DNA of 64,000 nucleotides, from positions 2,368,001 to 2,432,000 of the forward strand of contig CBDBCF010000001.1 of the NCBI GenBank assembly GCA_965202985.1, given 5' to 3'. This stretch comes from Longimicrobiales bacterium. GTDB taxonomy: Bacteria; Gemmatimonadota; Gemmatimonadetes; Longimicrobiales; Gaopeijiaceae. A program made the position numbers and the translations under genes. The first letter of the stretch is position 1, and each line of letters begins with the position of its first letter. The notes under the pieces were generated by a model. That model worked only from the letters and a program-made list of their open reading frames with translations. It was not told where the DNA came from and searched no databases. Below, in pieces: positions 26,613 to 37,157 of this stretch.

Positions 26613-27784
26613 CGGGTTTCGCCGCCCGCCGTCCGTCGGGCGTCCAAGCTTTGGTGCTGTTGCTGGGCGCCGGGGCTGCGGCGGCACTGGCCGCCCCGGT
26701 CGGAATGGTCGTGCCCGACGCCCTGGCCGCCCAGGCCCAGGAAGCCCCCAGAAGCGGCGGCGCAGGCACGATCTACTGGGCCGGCTACGACCATGCCATC
26801 CACGTCATCGACGAGCGCACGCTGGACGTGGTGGACAAGATCCCGGTCACGACGGGGATCCCCATCGGTCTGACCTTGTCGTCCGGCCGAGACCGCTTGT
26901 ACGTGCGCGACGCCGAGTTCGAGGAGATCGAGGTCGTGGACCTGGCCGCGCGCAAGTCCACCGGCAGCTTCACGTTGAGCCGAGGCCGATCCAAGGTGCG
27001 CATCTGGGGCTTCACCGTCGATCCCAACGAAGACTTCGCCGTCTTGACCACGATCCGCTACACCAAGCGCATCGACCGCTGGGAGATAGACGACCCCGTG
27101 ATGCTCAAGTACGACCTTCGGCGGGGCGAAGTCGCCGACACGATCCCCTGGCCGTCGGGCGAAGAGCGAGAACGCGCGCGCCTCATGTTCTCTCCGGGCG
27201 GCGAATACTTGTACTTCTTCGGCAGGGACGTGCTGGTCCTCGAGACGGAAAACTTCACCGAAGCCGACCGTTGGGAGCTGTCGCGCCCCATCGAGGACGG
27301 GCTGGGCCGCTTCAGCTTCGGCTTCCCGACCAGCCTTCACGACGAACCCGGCTTTCACACGGGCCTCTTCTCGTTCACCGATCCGGTGCAGAACCGCAGC
27401 ATGATGGGCATTGCCCGCGTCGACTTGGCCAACAAGCAGTTCGACTTCTTCACCTTGGGACCGCGCCGGCGCGTGAGCTTCGAGCTGGCCCCCGGCGGCG
27501 ACAAGGCGTACGGCCTGGTGCAGCAGATCGGCAACTACGAGTTCTGGACGTTCGACTTGGAGGGCAGGCGAGTGGAGAGCCGACACCGCTTCCCCGGCCG
27601 TCCCCGAATGGCCTTGGAGGTCAGCTCGAACGGCGAACTCCTTTACGTGTACAATGCGGGCGCGACAATAGACGTCTACGACGCCGACACCTACGAACTC
27701 CTGCGAACCGTCGTCTACGACGCCGACATGACCGACTTCGTCATGATCCCGGAGGGCATGGGCGCCGGCCCCGCAGCACGCTGA
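26609..27784 (+). CDS. qhpB: Quinohemoprotein amine dehydrogenase beta subunit (beta-propeller)
   Basis: GTGA overlap with qhpC; signal peptide; YVTN-like propeller ending IDVYDADTYELL; position in cluster. Confidence 0.75.
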   Translation: MTGFAARRPSGVQALVLLLGAGAAAALAAPVGMVVPDALAAQAQEAPRSGGAGTIYWAGYDHAIHVIDERTLDVVDKIPVTTGIPIGLTLSSGRDRLYVRDAEFEEIEVVDLAARKSTGSFTLSRGRSKVRIWGFTVDPNEDFAVLTTIRYTKRIDRWEIDDPVMLKYDLRRGEVADTIPWPSGEERERARLMFSPGGEYLYFFGRDVLVLETENFTEADRWELSRPIEDGLGRFSFGFPTSLHDEPGFHTGLFSFTDPVQNRSMMGIARVDLANKQFDFFTLGPRRRVSFELAPGGDKAYGLVQQIGNYEFWTFDLEGRRVESRHRFPGRPRMALEVSSNGELLYVYNAGATIDVYDADTYELLRTVVYDADMTDFVMIPEGMGAGPAAR

Positions 27785-29577
27785 CGACGCAGGAATCGCC
27801 CACGGGACGCGCCCCGAAGCACCCGCACCTGCGCCGCGGACTGGCCTACGTTCAACCCTACGCCGGCCGACTGGCGGTCATAGCGGTCTTGAACTTGGCG
27901 GGCACCGCCTTGGCCCTCTACGTGCCCTATCTGTCCAAGGCGCTGGTGGACGACGCCCTGCTGGGCCGCGACTTGGGCGCGCTCGGGCGGGTCGTTGCGA
28001 TCTTTGCGGCGGTCACGCTGGCCAGCTTCGCGCTGAACGTGGTCAGCGGGCTGCGCTACACGAAGGTGTCCGCGGCGATCCTCTTCGACATGCGGCTCGC
28101 AGTGTACCGGCATTTGCAGCGCTTGTCGCCCCGGTTCTTTGCGCGTGCGCCAATGGGCGACGTCATGTCGCGCATCAACAACGACGTGGGCGAAGTGCAG
28201 CGCGTGCTGGCGGACCTGGTGCTGGCGTGGCTGGGACACGCGGCGTTCCTGACGGGCACCGTGTTCATGCTGGCGTGGCTGGACTGGCGTCTCTTCCTGG
28301 CGGCGGCGGCCGTGTTGCCGGCGGCGGTTTGGACGCTTGTGCGCTATCGGCGGCGGCTGGAAGTGCGGGTTCGCGTCATGCGCGAGCGCAGCGCCGAGAT
28401 CGGAAGCTTCCTGCTGGAGACGTTGCGGGCTGCGCGCGTCGTGGCTGCGTTCAACGCCCAGGAACGCGAGGCGCGCCGCTTCCGTCGCCGCAACGACGCC
28501 TTCGTGCGCGCGCTCGTGGCCATGCAGCGCTTGCGCTATCTGGCCGGGGGCGTTCCCGGGCTGCTGCTGTCGGCGGGCGCTGCCGTGGTGTTCCTGTACG
28601 GCGGCGTGCGCGTGATCGACGGGGCCATGACGCTGGGCGACTTCACCGCGTTCATGGCCTATCAAGTGCGCTTGGCGGGGCCTGTCCAGGGCTTGATGGG
28701 ACTGTATGCGGGCCTGGCGGCGGCCCGCGTCTCGCTGCGGCGCGTCCACGAGTTGATGGACGAGCCCGTGGAGGTCGCCGAGGCCGCGCGGCCCCAGCGG
28801 CTGGGGTCGGTTCGCGGCGAAGTGGCGTTCGAGGACGTGTGGTGTGGCCACGGCAGGGGCGGCCCCGTGCTGGAGGACTTTCGCTTGGCGGTTGCCCCCG
28901 GCGAGGTGGTGGCTCTCGCGGGCGCTTCCGGGAGCGGCAAGTCCACCGTGGCGGCCCTGCTGGTGCGCCATCTGGACCCGGACCGCGGGCGAGTCCTGCT
29001 GGACGGCGCCGACGTCCGCCGGATCGCCTTGACCGAACTGCGAGCGAGCGTGTCGGTCGTGGAGCAGAACCCCTTCGTCTTCAACGCCTCGATCTTGGAG
29101 AACGTTCGGTACGCCCGCCCCGACGCCGACAACGCCCAGGTCGTGGACGCCGTTGAGCGCGCCGGGCTGGGCGACTTCGTGGCCGCTCTGCCCCAGGGGC
29201 TGGACACGGAGGTGGGCGAGCGCGGCGAAGCCCTGTCGGCGGGAGAACGGCAGCGCATGGCGATCGCTCGGGCGTTGCTGGCCGACCCCGCCGTGCTGGT
29301 GCTGGACGAGGCCACGAGCGCCTTGGAACCTGCCGCCGAAGCCCGCGTGGCCGACGCATACGGCCAAGCCATGCAAGGCCGCACCACGCTGTTGATCACG
29401 CACCGTCCCAGCTTGATCGAGCGGGCGGACCGCGTGGTCGTGCTGGCGGGCGGGCGGGCCGTGGAGGAGGGGCCGCCCCGCGAGCTGGCCCGTCGCGGGC
29501 GCGCCTTCCAGGCCGTGTTCGGACGAACTGCATCGCCGCCATCGTCCCCGTCGTCGCCGCAAGTCGTCCGGCGGTGA
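27781..29577 (+). CDS. qhpF: ABC transporter, fused permease/ATPase (QhpF-like)
   Basis: TM domain, GASGSGKST, LSAGERQR, LDEATS. Start uncertain (in-frame CTG at 27781). Confidence 0.8.
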   Translation: MTTQESPTGRAPKHPHLRRGLAYVQPYAGRLAVIAVLNLAGTALALYVPYLSKALVDDALLGRDLGALGRVVAIFAAVTLASFALNVVSGLRYTKVSAAILFDMRLAVYRHLQRLSPRFFARAPMGDVMSRINNDVGEVQRVLADLVLAWLGHAAFLTGTVFMLAWLDWRLFLAAAAVLPAAVWTLVRYRRRLEVRVRVMRERSAEIGSFLLETLRAARVVAAFNAQEREARRFRRRNDAFVRALVAMQRLRYLAGGVPGLLLSAGAAVVFLYGGVRVIDGAMTLGDFTAFMAYQVRLAGPVQGLMGLYAGLAAARVSLRRVHELMDEPVEVAEAARPQRLGSVRGEVAFEDVWCGHGRGGPVLEDFRLAVAPGEVVALAGASGSGKSTVAALLVRHLDPDRGRVLLDGADVRRIALTELRASVSVVEQNPFVFNASILENVRYARPDADNAQVVDAVERAGLGDFVAALPQGLDTEVGERGEALSAGERQRMAIARALLADPAVLVLDEATSALEPAAEARVADAYGQAMQGRTTLLITHRPSLIERADRVVVLAGGRAVEEGPPRELARRGRAFQAVFGRTASPPSSPSSPQVVRR

Positions 29578-30371
29578 GCGTCCGAGTCTGCGTCGATTCG
29601 CCCCCGCTGGCCGGCTTGTCCGGCACGGGCGTGTCGGTGGCCGTCGTCGACAGCGGCGCGAACCCGGACAACCCTCATGTGGGAAGGGTGGCGGGCGGCG
29701 TGGGCATCGAGCTCTCCGGCGCGCCGTCGGCGGACTGGGTGGACCGCCTGGGCCACGGTACCGCCGTGTTCGCGGCAATCCAGGAGAAGGCGCCCCAAGC
29801 CGAGCTCTACGCGGTGCGCGTGTTCCGCCGTCAGCTGGCAACCAGCGTTCGGGCGCTGGCGGGGGCGCTCGACTGGGCGGCCGAGCAGGGTGCCGGCTTG
29901 GTGAACATGAGCCTGGGCACGCCTAGGGAAGAACAGGCGGCGCATTTGGCGGCGGCCCTGGAGCGGCTCGCGGTGGCGGGCGGCGTGGTGGTGGCAGCCG
30001 TGCGGTCGGAGGGACAGCGATGGTGGCCCGGTACGCTGCCGGCAGCGCTTGGCGTCGTTGCGGACCCCGACTGCCCCCGCGGATGCGTGGACATCCGAAC
30101 CACCCAATCGGGCCGTCGGTTCGTGGCCGCCTCGCCCTATCCGCGACCGATCCCCGGCGTTCCCGTCGAGCGGAACCTCAAGGGAACCAGCTTCGCGGTC
30201 GCCAACGCAACCGGGCTCGTCGCCCGCGCCCTGGAAGGCTTCTCCGGCCGAATCGACCGCAAAGCCGTTCTGGATCGTCTGGGATCAAGAAACCAAGTCC
30301 TTGATGCGTCCCCTGGTCCCCAGTTCCGTGCTTGCTCCAGAAGCAAGCCGTCGCCACATTCCAGGCCATGA
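29574..30371 (+). CDS. qhpE: Subtilisin-like S8 peptidase (QhpE leader peptidase)
   Basis: Catalytic triad VVDSG / GHGT / GTSFA. Confidence 0.85.
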   Translation: MSVRVCVDSPPLAGLSGTGVSVAVVDSGANPDNPHVGRVAGGVGIELSGAPSADWVDRLGHGTAVFAAIQEKAPQAELYAVRVFRRQLATSVRALAGALDWAAEQGAGLVNMSLGTPREEQAAHLAAALERLAVAGGVVVAAVRSEGQRWWPGTLPAALGVVADPDCPRGCVDIRTTQSGRRFVAASPYPRPIPGVPVERNLKGTSFAVANATGLVARALEGFSGRIDRKAVLDRLGSRNQVLDASPGPQFRACSRSKPSPHSRP

Positions 30372-33106
30372 GCCCCCAGCGAGCCCCACCGACCGCTCCG
30401 ATGTTGGACGGCCTCCCGGAGGGGTGGGTCGGCCTCGTCGCCGAAGCCGCGCGTCGCGGCTATCTGGAGTTGGAGTCGAACGAGTCGCGGATTCGATACA
30501 ACTGTGCACAAGTCCGGGAATGCTCGTACGCGAATCCGGAGGAGCGCGTCCGGGCCGGCGTCTATGCTTGGCTGATCATCGATCAAGGATATGCGCCCGC
30601 AGCAATCAAAGTGGAAGTGCGTGTGCCGCGACGAACGCCCAGCGACTACGCCGATGTAGTCGTCTATACGGACCCGGAGTGTCGCGTCCCGTACTTGGTT
30701 GTGGAGACCAAGGCGCCGAATCAATCCGAAGCAGCTTTCCTGCAGGCCGTCGAACAGGCGTTCGGAAACGCCAACTCGCTGCGAGACACCAACTTCGCGC
30801 TGGTCGACTCCGGTGACAGGTCCCAGCTGTTCGAGGTCGCAGGACATCCACACGACGAACGCGAGGCCAACTGGCTAGGCGGTCGCGACAACTTGCCGGA
30901 GGCGTACGGCGCCGTTTCAGCCTTCCGCTTGGTTGCCGGCGATAGCGAGCGCGACATCGAACCCTGCACGGCCACGCAGGTCGAAACGCTGGTGCGGCGC
31001 GTCCACGGCTTGATCTGGGCTGGCGGGAAGCGGGACCCCTTTTCGGCTTTCGACGAATGGTGCAAGATGCTGTTCGCCAAGATGTACGACGAGCGACACA
31101 CTGCAACCGGCACGCCTCGACGGTTTCAAGTAGGACGCGGGGAGAGCGACGTATCGGTAGCCAACCGGGTTCGCCGATTGTATGTCGAAGCCCGGGCAAG
31201 AGACGAATCGATCTTCGCATCCGACCTGCTGCTGCCGGACAACAAGGTCGCGCAGGTTGTTCGGGAGATTCAGCAAGTGGCGTTCGCTCAAACCGACGTG
31301 GACACGCTCGGCGCGGCGTTCGAGGGCTTCTTCGGATCTGCGTTTCGCGGCGAACTCGGCCAGTACTTCACCAGACGGGAAATCTGTCGGTTTGTTTGTG
31401 CGCTTTTGGAGCCGACGGAACGCGACAGGGTCCTGGACCCCACCTGCGGCAGCGGCGGTTTCCTGCTGGAGACGCTGATACAAGTCTGGCGCTACATCGA
31501 CGACGCCTTCGTAGGACAGTCCCTGGGTCGCCAGCGGAAGTACGACTTTGCATGGCAGAATCTGTTCGGCATCGAGATTCACTCCACGCTGGGACGGATC
31601 TGCCAGACCAACTTGCTGATCCACAAGGACGGCCACACCAACGTCGAAGTCGGACGAAGCTGCCTGGACAGCGTGTTCGACAACAAGACGCTCGACCCCG
31701 ACCGACCGTCGTTCACCGTGATCGTCGGCAACCCGCCCTTTGGGGACAAGGTCAGGAAGGGCGATGCGGACCAGCTCGGCAACAACCGGCTGTCGGCCTT
31801 CGAGCTTGCCGGCGACAACCATGCGACGTCGGAGGTCGTGATCCTCGAGCGCTCGATCAAGTGGCTGGCGCCCGGTGACGGACGGCTCGGGGTGGTTGTT
31901 CCCGACGGCGTGCTCAACAATGCCAGCGAGACCTCCAAATGCCCGGCCCTGAGGCGGTTTCTGTTCCGCAACACCCAAATCCTTGCGATCGTGTCGCTGC
32001 CGGATCATGCTTTCCGTCGCAGCGGTGCGCAGAACAAGACAAGTCTGCTGTTTGTTCGCCGTTGGTCCGAGAGCGAGCGGAAGAAGATGGAGGAGGCCGT
32101 CGCGCGCCACTTGGGAAACGCACAAGTTTCGCCTGGAGAAGACAACGATGCGGCTGCCCTCAACCAAGCGATCGGTTCGGCTCTGCAAGAAGTGGACTAC
32201 CGTGTCTTCTTGGCCGAGGCCGACGAAATCGGCTATACCCCAACCGGAGTTTCGACGGCGCACAACGACTTGTACTCGGGCGCCGGATTCGATGTGGAAG
32301 AATCGGAAGATACAATTCTCGGCCAGTACAGGCTCTTCCGCGACCGGCCCCATGCCTACCGAACGTGCAGTCGTCCCGCGTGCACGTCCCTTGCCGCCAG
32401 CGAGCTCTTTGCCGGGCATCCGTCCCATAGGATCGACGCCAAGTACTTCACCTTCAAGAGTACGGAAGATGTCGTCCGCGACGCCGGCCTGCACCGATTG
32501 GGCGAACTGGTTGCTCGGCGCCGCGAGAGCCTCGTTCCAAACGACTGGCCGGAGCGGAAGTTCAAGACGATCACATTGACCCTGGAAGGCGAAATGAGGC
32601 CCCGCGAAGCTGGGAAGGGCCGCAGCCCGCCGGGATGGCACGGCTCGTACTTTCCAGCTGGCCAGAGGTGGTTTGTTGTGCGCAAGGGAGACATTGTCGT
32701 GTCTCGAATCGACCTGTGGAAAGGATGCATCGGCGTGGCGTCGGCCGCCTTTGACGGGGCCATCGTAACCGGTGAGTTCCCCGTGTACCGAGTGCGCCCG
32801 GAACACACGGGGCTGGTGGACGGTAGATACTTGCAGCTTCTGTTGCGCAGTCAGTACTTTAGACGCGCTATTCGAGCAGTTACGACAGGTCACTCCAACC
32901 GGAGGCGAACCCAGGAATCGGATTTCCTTGACCTGCTCGTGCCCCTGCCGCCCCTTGACGATCAAGTGCGCATTGCCGACGCAATGGATGGGGTGAAGCG
33001 CCGTCGGGACGAAGCGAGCGCCGACCTGCGTCGTCGCCTGAACGCCTTCGACCGGGCGGTGGAGGGGCTGTTCACGCCGGCAGCGCTGCGGGAGATCGCC
33101 GGCTAG
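30368..33106 (+). CDS. Single-chain Type IIG-like restriction-modification enzyme (PD-(D/E)XK nuclease + N6-adenine MTase + TRD)
   Basis: PEERVR...ADVVVY...VVETK, GQYFT, DPTCGSGGFL, NPPF; HsdS-like C-terminus (GDIVVSRI...PLPPLDDQVRIA). ATG 30368 overlaps the qhpE stop. Confidence 0.85.
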   Translation: MSPQRAPPTAPMLDGLPEGWVGLVAEAARRGYLELESNESRIRYNCAQVRECSYANPEERVRAGVYAWLIIDQGYAPAAIKVEVRVPRRTPSDYADVVVYTDPECRVPYLVVETKAPNQSEAAFLQAVEQAFGNANSLRDTNFALVDSGDRSQLFEVAGHPHDEREANWLGGRDNLPEAYGAVSAFRLVAGDSERDIEPCTATQVETLVRRVHGLIWAGGKRDPFSAFDEWCKMLFAKMYDERHTATGTPRRFQVGRGESDVSVANRVRRLYVEARARDESIFASDLLLPDNKVAQVVREIQQVAFAQTDVDTLGAAFEGFFGSAFRGELGQYFTRREICRFVCALLEPTERDRVLDPTCGSGGFLLETLIQVWRYIDDAFVGQSLGRQRKYDFAWQNLFGIEIHSTLGRICQTNLLIHKDGHTNVEVGRSCLDSVFDNKTLDPDRPSFTVIVGNPPFGDKVRKGDADQLGNNRLSAFELAGDNHATSEVVILERSIKWLAPGDGRLGVVVPDGVLNNASETSKCPALRRFLFRNTQILAIVSLPDHAFRRSGAQNKTSLLFVRRWSESERKKMEEAVARHLGNAQVSPGEDNDAAALNQAIGSALQEVDYRVFLAEADEIGYTPTGVSTAHNDLYSGAGFDVEESEDTILGQYRLFRDRPHAYRTCSRPACTSLAASELFAGHPSHRIDAKYFTFKSTEDVVRDAGLHRLGELVARRRESLVPNDWPERKFKTITLTLEGEMRPREAGKGRSPPGWHGSYFPAGQRWFVVRKGDIVVSRIDLWKGCIGVASAAFDGAIVTGEFPVYRVRPEHTGLVDGRYLQLLLRSQYFRRAIRAVTTGHSNRRRTQESDFLDLLVPLPPLDDQVRIADAMDGVKRRRDEASADLRRRLNAFDRAVEGLFTPAALREIAG

Positions 33107-33179
33107 TCGAATTCGCCGGAGGCCGACGGGTCCCGTAGGTTCAGAGGAAACTCGCGTTCGTACCCGAAGAGGAAAGCTC

Positions 33180-35627
33180 ATGACGCCGCAATCCAGACGC
33201 CGTTCCACGACCGTGCCGGGAGCCGTTGTCGCCTTGTCGGCCGCGGCCGCCTTGCTGGCCGCCGCCCCCGCGCCCGCCCACGCAGCCGCGCGGCCCCAGG
33301 CGTCCGCCCAGGCCCAGGCCGCCGCCCAGCCCCAGCAAGCCGTGGACTACCACCGCGCCGAACTGCTGCTTCGCTGGCATACGTCGTCGCTGGTGGCGGG
33401 CGGGGCCGTGTCGCCCAACTGGATCCTGGACACGGACCGGTTCTGGTACCGGAACAACAACGGGGCGGGGCACGAGTTCACCTTCGTGGACCCGGCGACC
33501 AACGCCAAGCGGCCACTCTTCGACCACTACCGGCTCGCGGCGGCGCTCTCGATGGCGGCGGACACCAGCTACGTGCCCGAGAAGCTGCCGTTCGAGACGT
33601 TCGAGTTCGTGGAGCGGGACGAGAGCCGGATCGAGTTCACGGCGGCCAAGAAGCGCTTCGAGTGCGACATTCGCCAGTACCAGTGCGAGGTCGGCGACAC
33701 GCTGCCGGACGCCCGGTCGTTCGTCGAGTCGCCCGACGAGCGCTGGGAGGCGTTCGTCATGGACCACAACGTGTACATTCGGTCCGCAGCCGCCCGCGCA
33801 GGGAACGGCGAAGCCGAGGACGCCCCCGCCGTGGACACCATCCAGCTCACCACCGACGGCGAGGAGTTCAACGGCTACGGCCTCAACTACCCGCGGCCCA
33901 ACCAAGTCAAGAACAAGACGCCCCGGCGGCCCGGCGTGCACTGGTCGCCCGACTCCAAGAAGCTGCTGGTCCAGCGCACCGACCAGCGGGACGTGGAGCA
34001 CCATCACTACGTGTCGTACACGCCGCAGCGCACGGTGCACTACTCCCAGCCCTACGCCTTGCCGGGCGACTCGGTGGTCCCGCTGCCGGCGTTTCACGTG
34101 CTGGACCTGACGGCCACGCTCGCGGAGGCGGGCGCGTCGCCCCCGGCCCCCGCGAACGTGCGCGTCGAGCTGGAGCCCCGGCCCAATCGCCTGAACCTGG
34201 GCGGCTCGCAGGTCGACTCCCTGTGGTCGGCCGACTCGCGTCACGTGTACGTCAGCTGGGAGACCCGCGCGTCGAAGAGCAACCACTTGGCCCAGGTGGA
34301 CGCGGCCACGGGCGAGTTCACGATCATTGCCGGCGACAGCTCCAAGACGTTCGTCGAGACCAGCCAGCGCAACCCGACTTCGTGGTTCGTGTCGGAGACG
34401 ACCGACGACGCCTTCTGGTGGTCCGAGCGCGACGGTTGGGCGCACATCTGGCGGTTCTCCAAGGACGGCTCGGTCAAGAACCAGGTCACGTCGGGGCCGT
34501 GGGCCGTGGGCGCGATCTGGCACGTGGACGAAGCCGCCCGGCGCATCTACTTCACGGCGTACGGACGCGAGGAGGGTATCCCGTACTACGGCCGACTGTA
34601 TCGGGTCGACTACGACGGCAACGGCCTGGCGCTCGTGGCCGGCGAGGTGGGGAACCACCGCATATCCGTGTCGCCGTCGGGCCGGTTCTTCGTGGACAGC
34701 TATTCGACGATCGGCGACCCGCCGGTCAGCCTGTTGCGGCGCCTGGACGGCGGCGGCGTGGTGCGCACGCTGGAAGAGGCGGACGCCTCCAAGCTGGAAG
34801 AGGTGGGATGGCGTCCGCCCGAGGTGTTCTCGGTCAAGGCGCGGGACGGCGTGACCGACATCTACGGGCTGATCTACTTCCCCGACGACGTGGACGAATC
34901 GCGTCTCTACCCCGTGATCGACCACATCTACCCCGGTCCCCAAGTGGGCAGCGTCGGCTCGTGGATGTTCAAGGCGGGCGGCGAAGACTTTGCCCTGGCC
35001 AAGCTGGGGTTCGTGGTCGTGCAGCTGGACCACATGGGCACACCGCACCGTTCCAAGGCGTTTCACGACATCTACTACGGCGACTTCAACGACAACGGCC
35101 TGCCCGACCACGTGACCGCGATCAAGCAGCTGGCCGCCCGGTATCCGTTCATGGATCTGGACCGGGTCGGCATCTACGGGCACTCGGGCGGCGGATTCGC
35201 TTCCACCGACGCCATGATGAAGTACCCCGACTTCTTCAAGGTGGCCGTCTCCGGCGCCGGCAACCACGACAACGCCAGCTACAACATCTACTGGGCGGAG
35301 AAGTACCAGGGCCTGCTGGTGAAGGACTCGGCGTCCGGCGACAACAACTTCACCGAAGAGGCCAACAAGAGCCACGTGGCCAAGCTCCAAGGCAAGCTGC
35401 TGCTCATGCACGGCGACATGGACGACAACGTGCATCCGGCCATGACCGTGCAGCTGATCGACGAGCTGACCAAGGCCAACAAGGACTACGACCTGGTGTG
35501 GGCGCCCGACCGCGCCCACGGCCTCAACGAGCCCTACTTCGTCCGCCGGCGCTGGGACTACTTCGTGCGCCACCTGCTGGGCGCCGAGCCGCCCAAGGAG
35601 TACGAGATCAGGCGGCCGGAAGGGTAG
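33180..35627 (+). CDS. Secreted S9B dipeptidyl peptidase IV family protein
   Basis: DPPIV-N propeller, YPGPQ, GHSGGG, HGDMDDNVH, catalytic His in RAHG. Confidence 0.9.
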   Translation: MTPQSRRRSTTVPGAVVALSAAAALLAAAPAPAHAAARPQASAQAQAAAQPQQAVDYHRAELLLRWHTSSLVAGGAVSPNWILDTDRFWYRNNNGAGHEFTFVDPATNAKRPLFDHYRLAAALSMAADTSYVPEKLPFETFEFVERDESRIEFTAAKKRFECDIRQYQCEVGDTLPDARSFVESPDERWEAFVMDHNVYIRSAAARAGNGEAEDAPAVDTIQLTTDGEEFNGYGLNYPRPNQVKNKTPRRPGVHWSPDSKKLLVQRTDQRDVEHHHYVSYTPQRTVHYSQPYALPGDSVVPLPAFHVLDLTATLAEAGASPPAPANVRVELEPRPNRLNLGGSQVDSLWSADSRHVYVSWETRASKSNHLAQVDAATGEFTIIAGDSSKTFVETSQRNPTSWFVSETTDDAFWWSERDGWAHIWRFSKDGSVKNQVTSGPWAVGAIWHVDEAARRIYFTAYGREEGIPYYGRLYRVDYDGNGLALVAGEVGNHRISVSPSGRFFVDSYSTIGDPPVSLLRRLDGGGVVRTLEEADASKLEEVGWRPPEVFSVKARDGVTDIYGLIYFPDDVDESRLYPVIDHIYPGPQVGSVGSWMFKAGGEDFALAKLGFVVVQLDHMGTPHRSKAFHDIYYGDFNDNGLPDHVTAIKQLAARYPFMDLDRVGIYGHSGGGFASTDAMMKYPDFFKVAVSGAGNHDNASYNIYWAEKYQGLLVKDSASGDNNFTEEANKSHVAKLQGKLLLMHGDMDDNVHPAMTVQLIDELTKANKDYDLVWAPDRAHGLNEPYFVRRRWDYFVRHLLGAEPPKEYEIRRPEG

Positions 35628-35701
35628 GGGGCAGGACCCCGCAGCTCGGAACACGGCTTCGCGCGCCCACTTCGGGCAGGTCGAGGAACGCGCCGGTCTC
35701 C

Positions 35702-35729
35702 TTGAATCCGCGGCGGCTTCCCTTATCTT
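35702..35729 (+). promoter_or_regulatory. Putative sigma70 promoter of tRNA-Ile (TTGAAT-N16-TATCTT)
   Basis: cttgaatccgcggcggcttcccttatcttt about 55 bp upstream of the tRNA. Confidence 0.4.
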
Positions 35730-35782
35730 TCTCGTCCGGCATCGGAACAGGCGCGGCCCCGGACAGGGGGCTCGCCGCACAG

Positions 35783-35856
<74 letters not shown>

Positions 35857-35927
35857 TTTCCCGCAACCCTGCGGTCCGCCGGCGAAGACGCCCGTCGGGG
35901 ACGAGCGCCCCGGCCCGCAGAATCCTC

Positions 35928-37130
35928 GTGTCCTGGACAACGGCCATGGTGACTGGACTTGCCGCTGCACTCCCGGTCGTGGCCTTGGCGGCTTCGGCCG
36001 TCGCTTCGCCCGCCCGCCAGGAGATCGTCGAGCTTCCTGCCGAGGACCGCGTGCTGGACTCGGCCTTCGAGGAGGTCTACCGAGTCGGCTCCTTCGGCGG
36101 CGAGGAGTGGGAGACGTTCGGCGACGTGGCGGCCATGGCGTTCGACCAAGCCGGCAACCTGTACGTCGCGGACGGTCAGGCGTTGCGGATCGTGGTCGTG
36201 GACCGCGAGGGCGCCTTGGTTCGCGCCTTCGGAGACGCCGGGGAAGGACCGGGCGAGTTCGGCGACGGGCCGCTGACGATGACCGTTCGGCGGGACGGTC
36301 GCGCGATCGTCTACGAGGTGGAGCGAAGCGCGTTCCAGGTCTTCGGCGCAGACGGCGCCTTCGAGCGGATGGTTCGCGTAGGCGGCGGTAACGGGTTCGT
36401 CATCTTCCAGCGCATGCAGGCCATGCCGGGCGGCGAAGTTCTGGCCGGCACCGACATTGCCACCATGTCGGGACCGAGCGGGGGCAGTCCCTCTAGCCGG
36501 TTCGTCGAGCGCTTCCTGCTGGACGGCGACGAAGCCGTGCGCGACACCGTGGCCCAAGCATGGCGGGCCGAAGGAGGCTTGGCGTTGGCGCCCAGACTCT
36601 ACGCGGGGGCGCTGCCGGACGGCGTGGCCTTCTCCGATTCCACCGCCTACGCCATCAAGATCGCGACGCTGGAGGGCGACGTGTCGCGGGTCCTGACCCG
36701 GCCGTTTCGCCCGGCTGCCATGAACGACCGGATACGCGATGCAGAGCGGGAGCGCCAGATGGGCAACGTGGGGGGCCTCGTAGAGCGGGGCGAAAGGAGC
36801 GGAGGCGAGCAGGGTGCCATGATGGGACGCATGGCCGAGTTCTTGCGCCAGCGCGTGGAGGCGTTGGAGTTCTACTCCGAGTTCCCCGTGGTCGGCGACA
36901 TGAAGACGACCTGGGACGGCACGATCTGGGTCCGGCGCAACGGCGCGCTGCCGGGAGAGGACGGTCCCATCGATGTGCTCAGCGCCGAGGGTCGCTATGT
37001 GGGGACCTTTCCGGGCGCGCCCGCCATGCCCGGCGCCTTCGGTCCGGACGGACTGGTCGCCTTCGCGGAAGAGGACGAGTTCGACGTGCCCGTCGTGGTG
37101 GTGAGACGGTTGCCGTCCGAGGTTCGCTAG
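35928..37130 (+). CDS. Secreted 6-bladed (NHL-like) beta-propeller protein
   Basis: Signal peptide, [19 protein letters not shown]-terminal [13 protein letters not shown]. Confidence 0.75.
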   Translation: MSWTTAMVTGLAAALPVVALAASAVASPARQEIVELPAEDRVLDSAFEEVYRVGSFGGEEWETFGDVAAMAFDQAGNLYVADGQALRIVVVDREGALVRAFGDAGEGPGEFGDGPLTMTVRRDGRAIVYEVERSAFQVFGADGAFERMVRVGGGNGFVIFQRMQAMPGGEVLAGTDIATMSGPSGGSPSSRFVERFLLDGDEAVRDTVAQAWRAEGGLALAPRLYAGALPDGVAFSDSTAYAIKIATLEGDVSRVLTRPFRPAAMNDRIRDAERERQMGNVGGLVERGERSGGEQGAMMGRMAEFLRQRVEALEFYSEFPVVGDMKTTWDGTIWVRRNGALPGEDGPIDVLSAEGRYVGTFPGAPAMPGAFGPDGLVAFAEEDEFDVPVVVVRRLPSEVR

Positions 37131-37157
37131 GTCCAAAACACCAACGCCCGATAAGCC

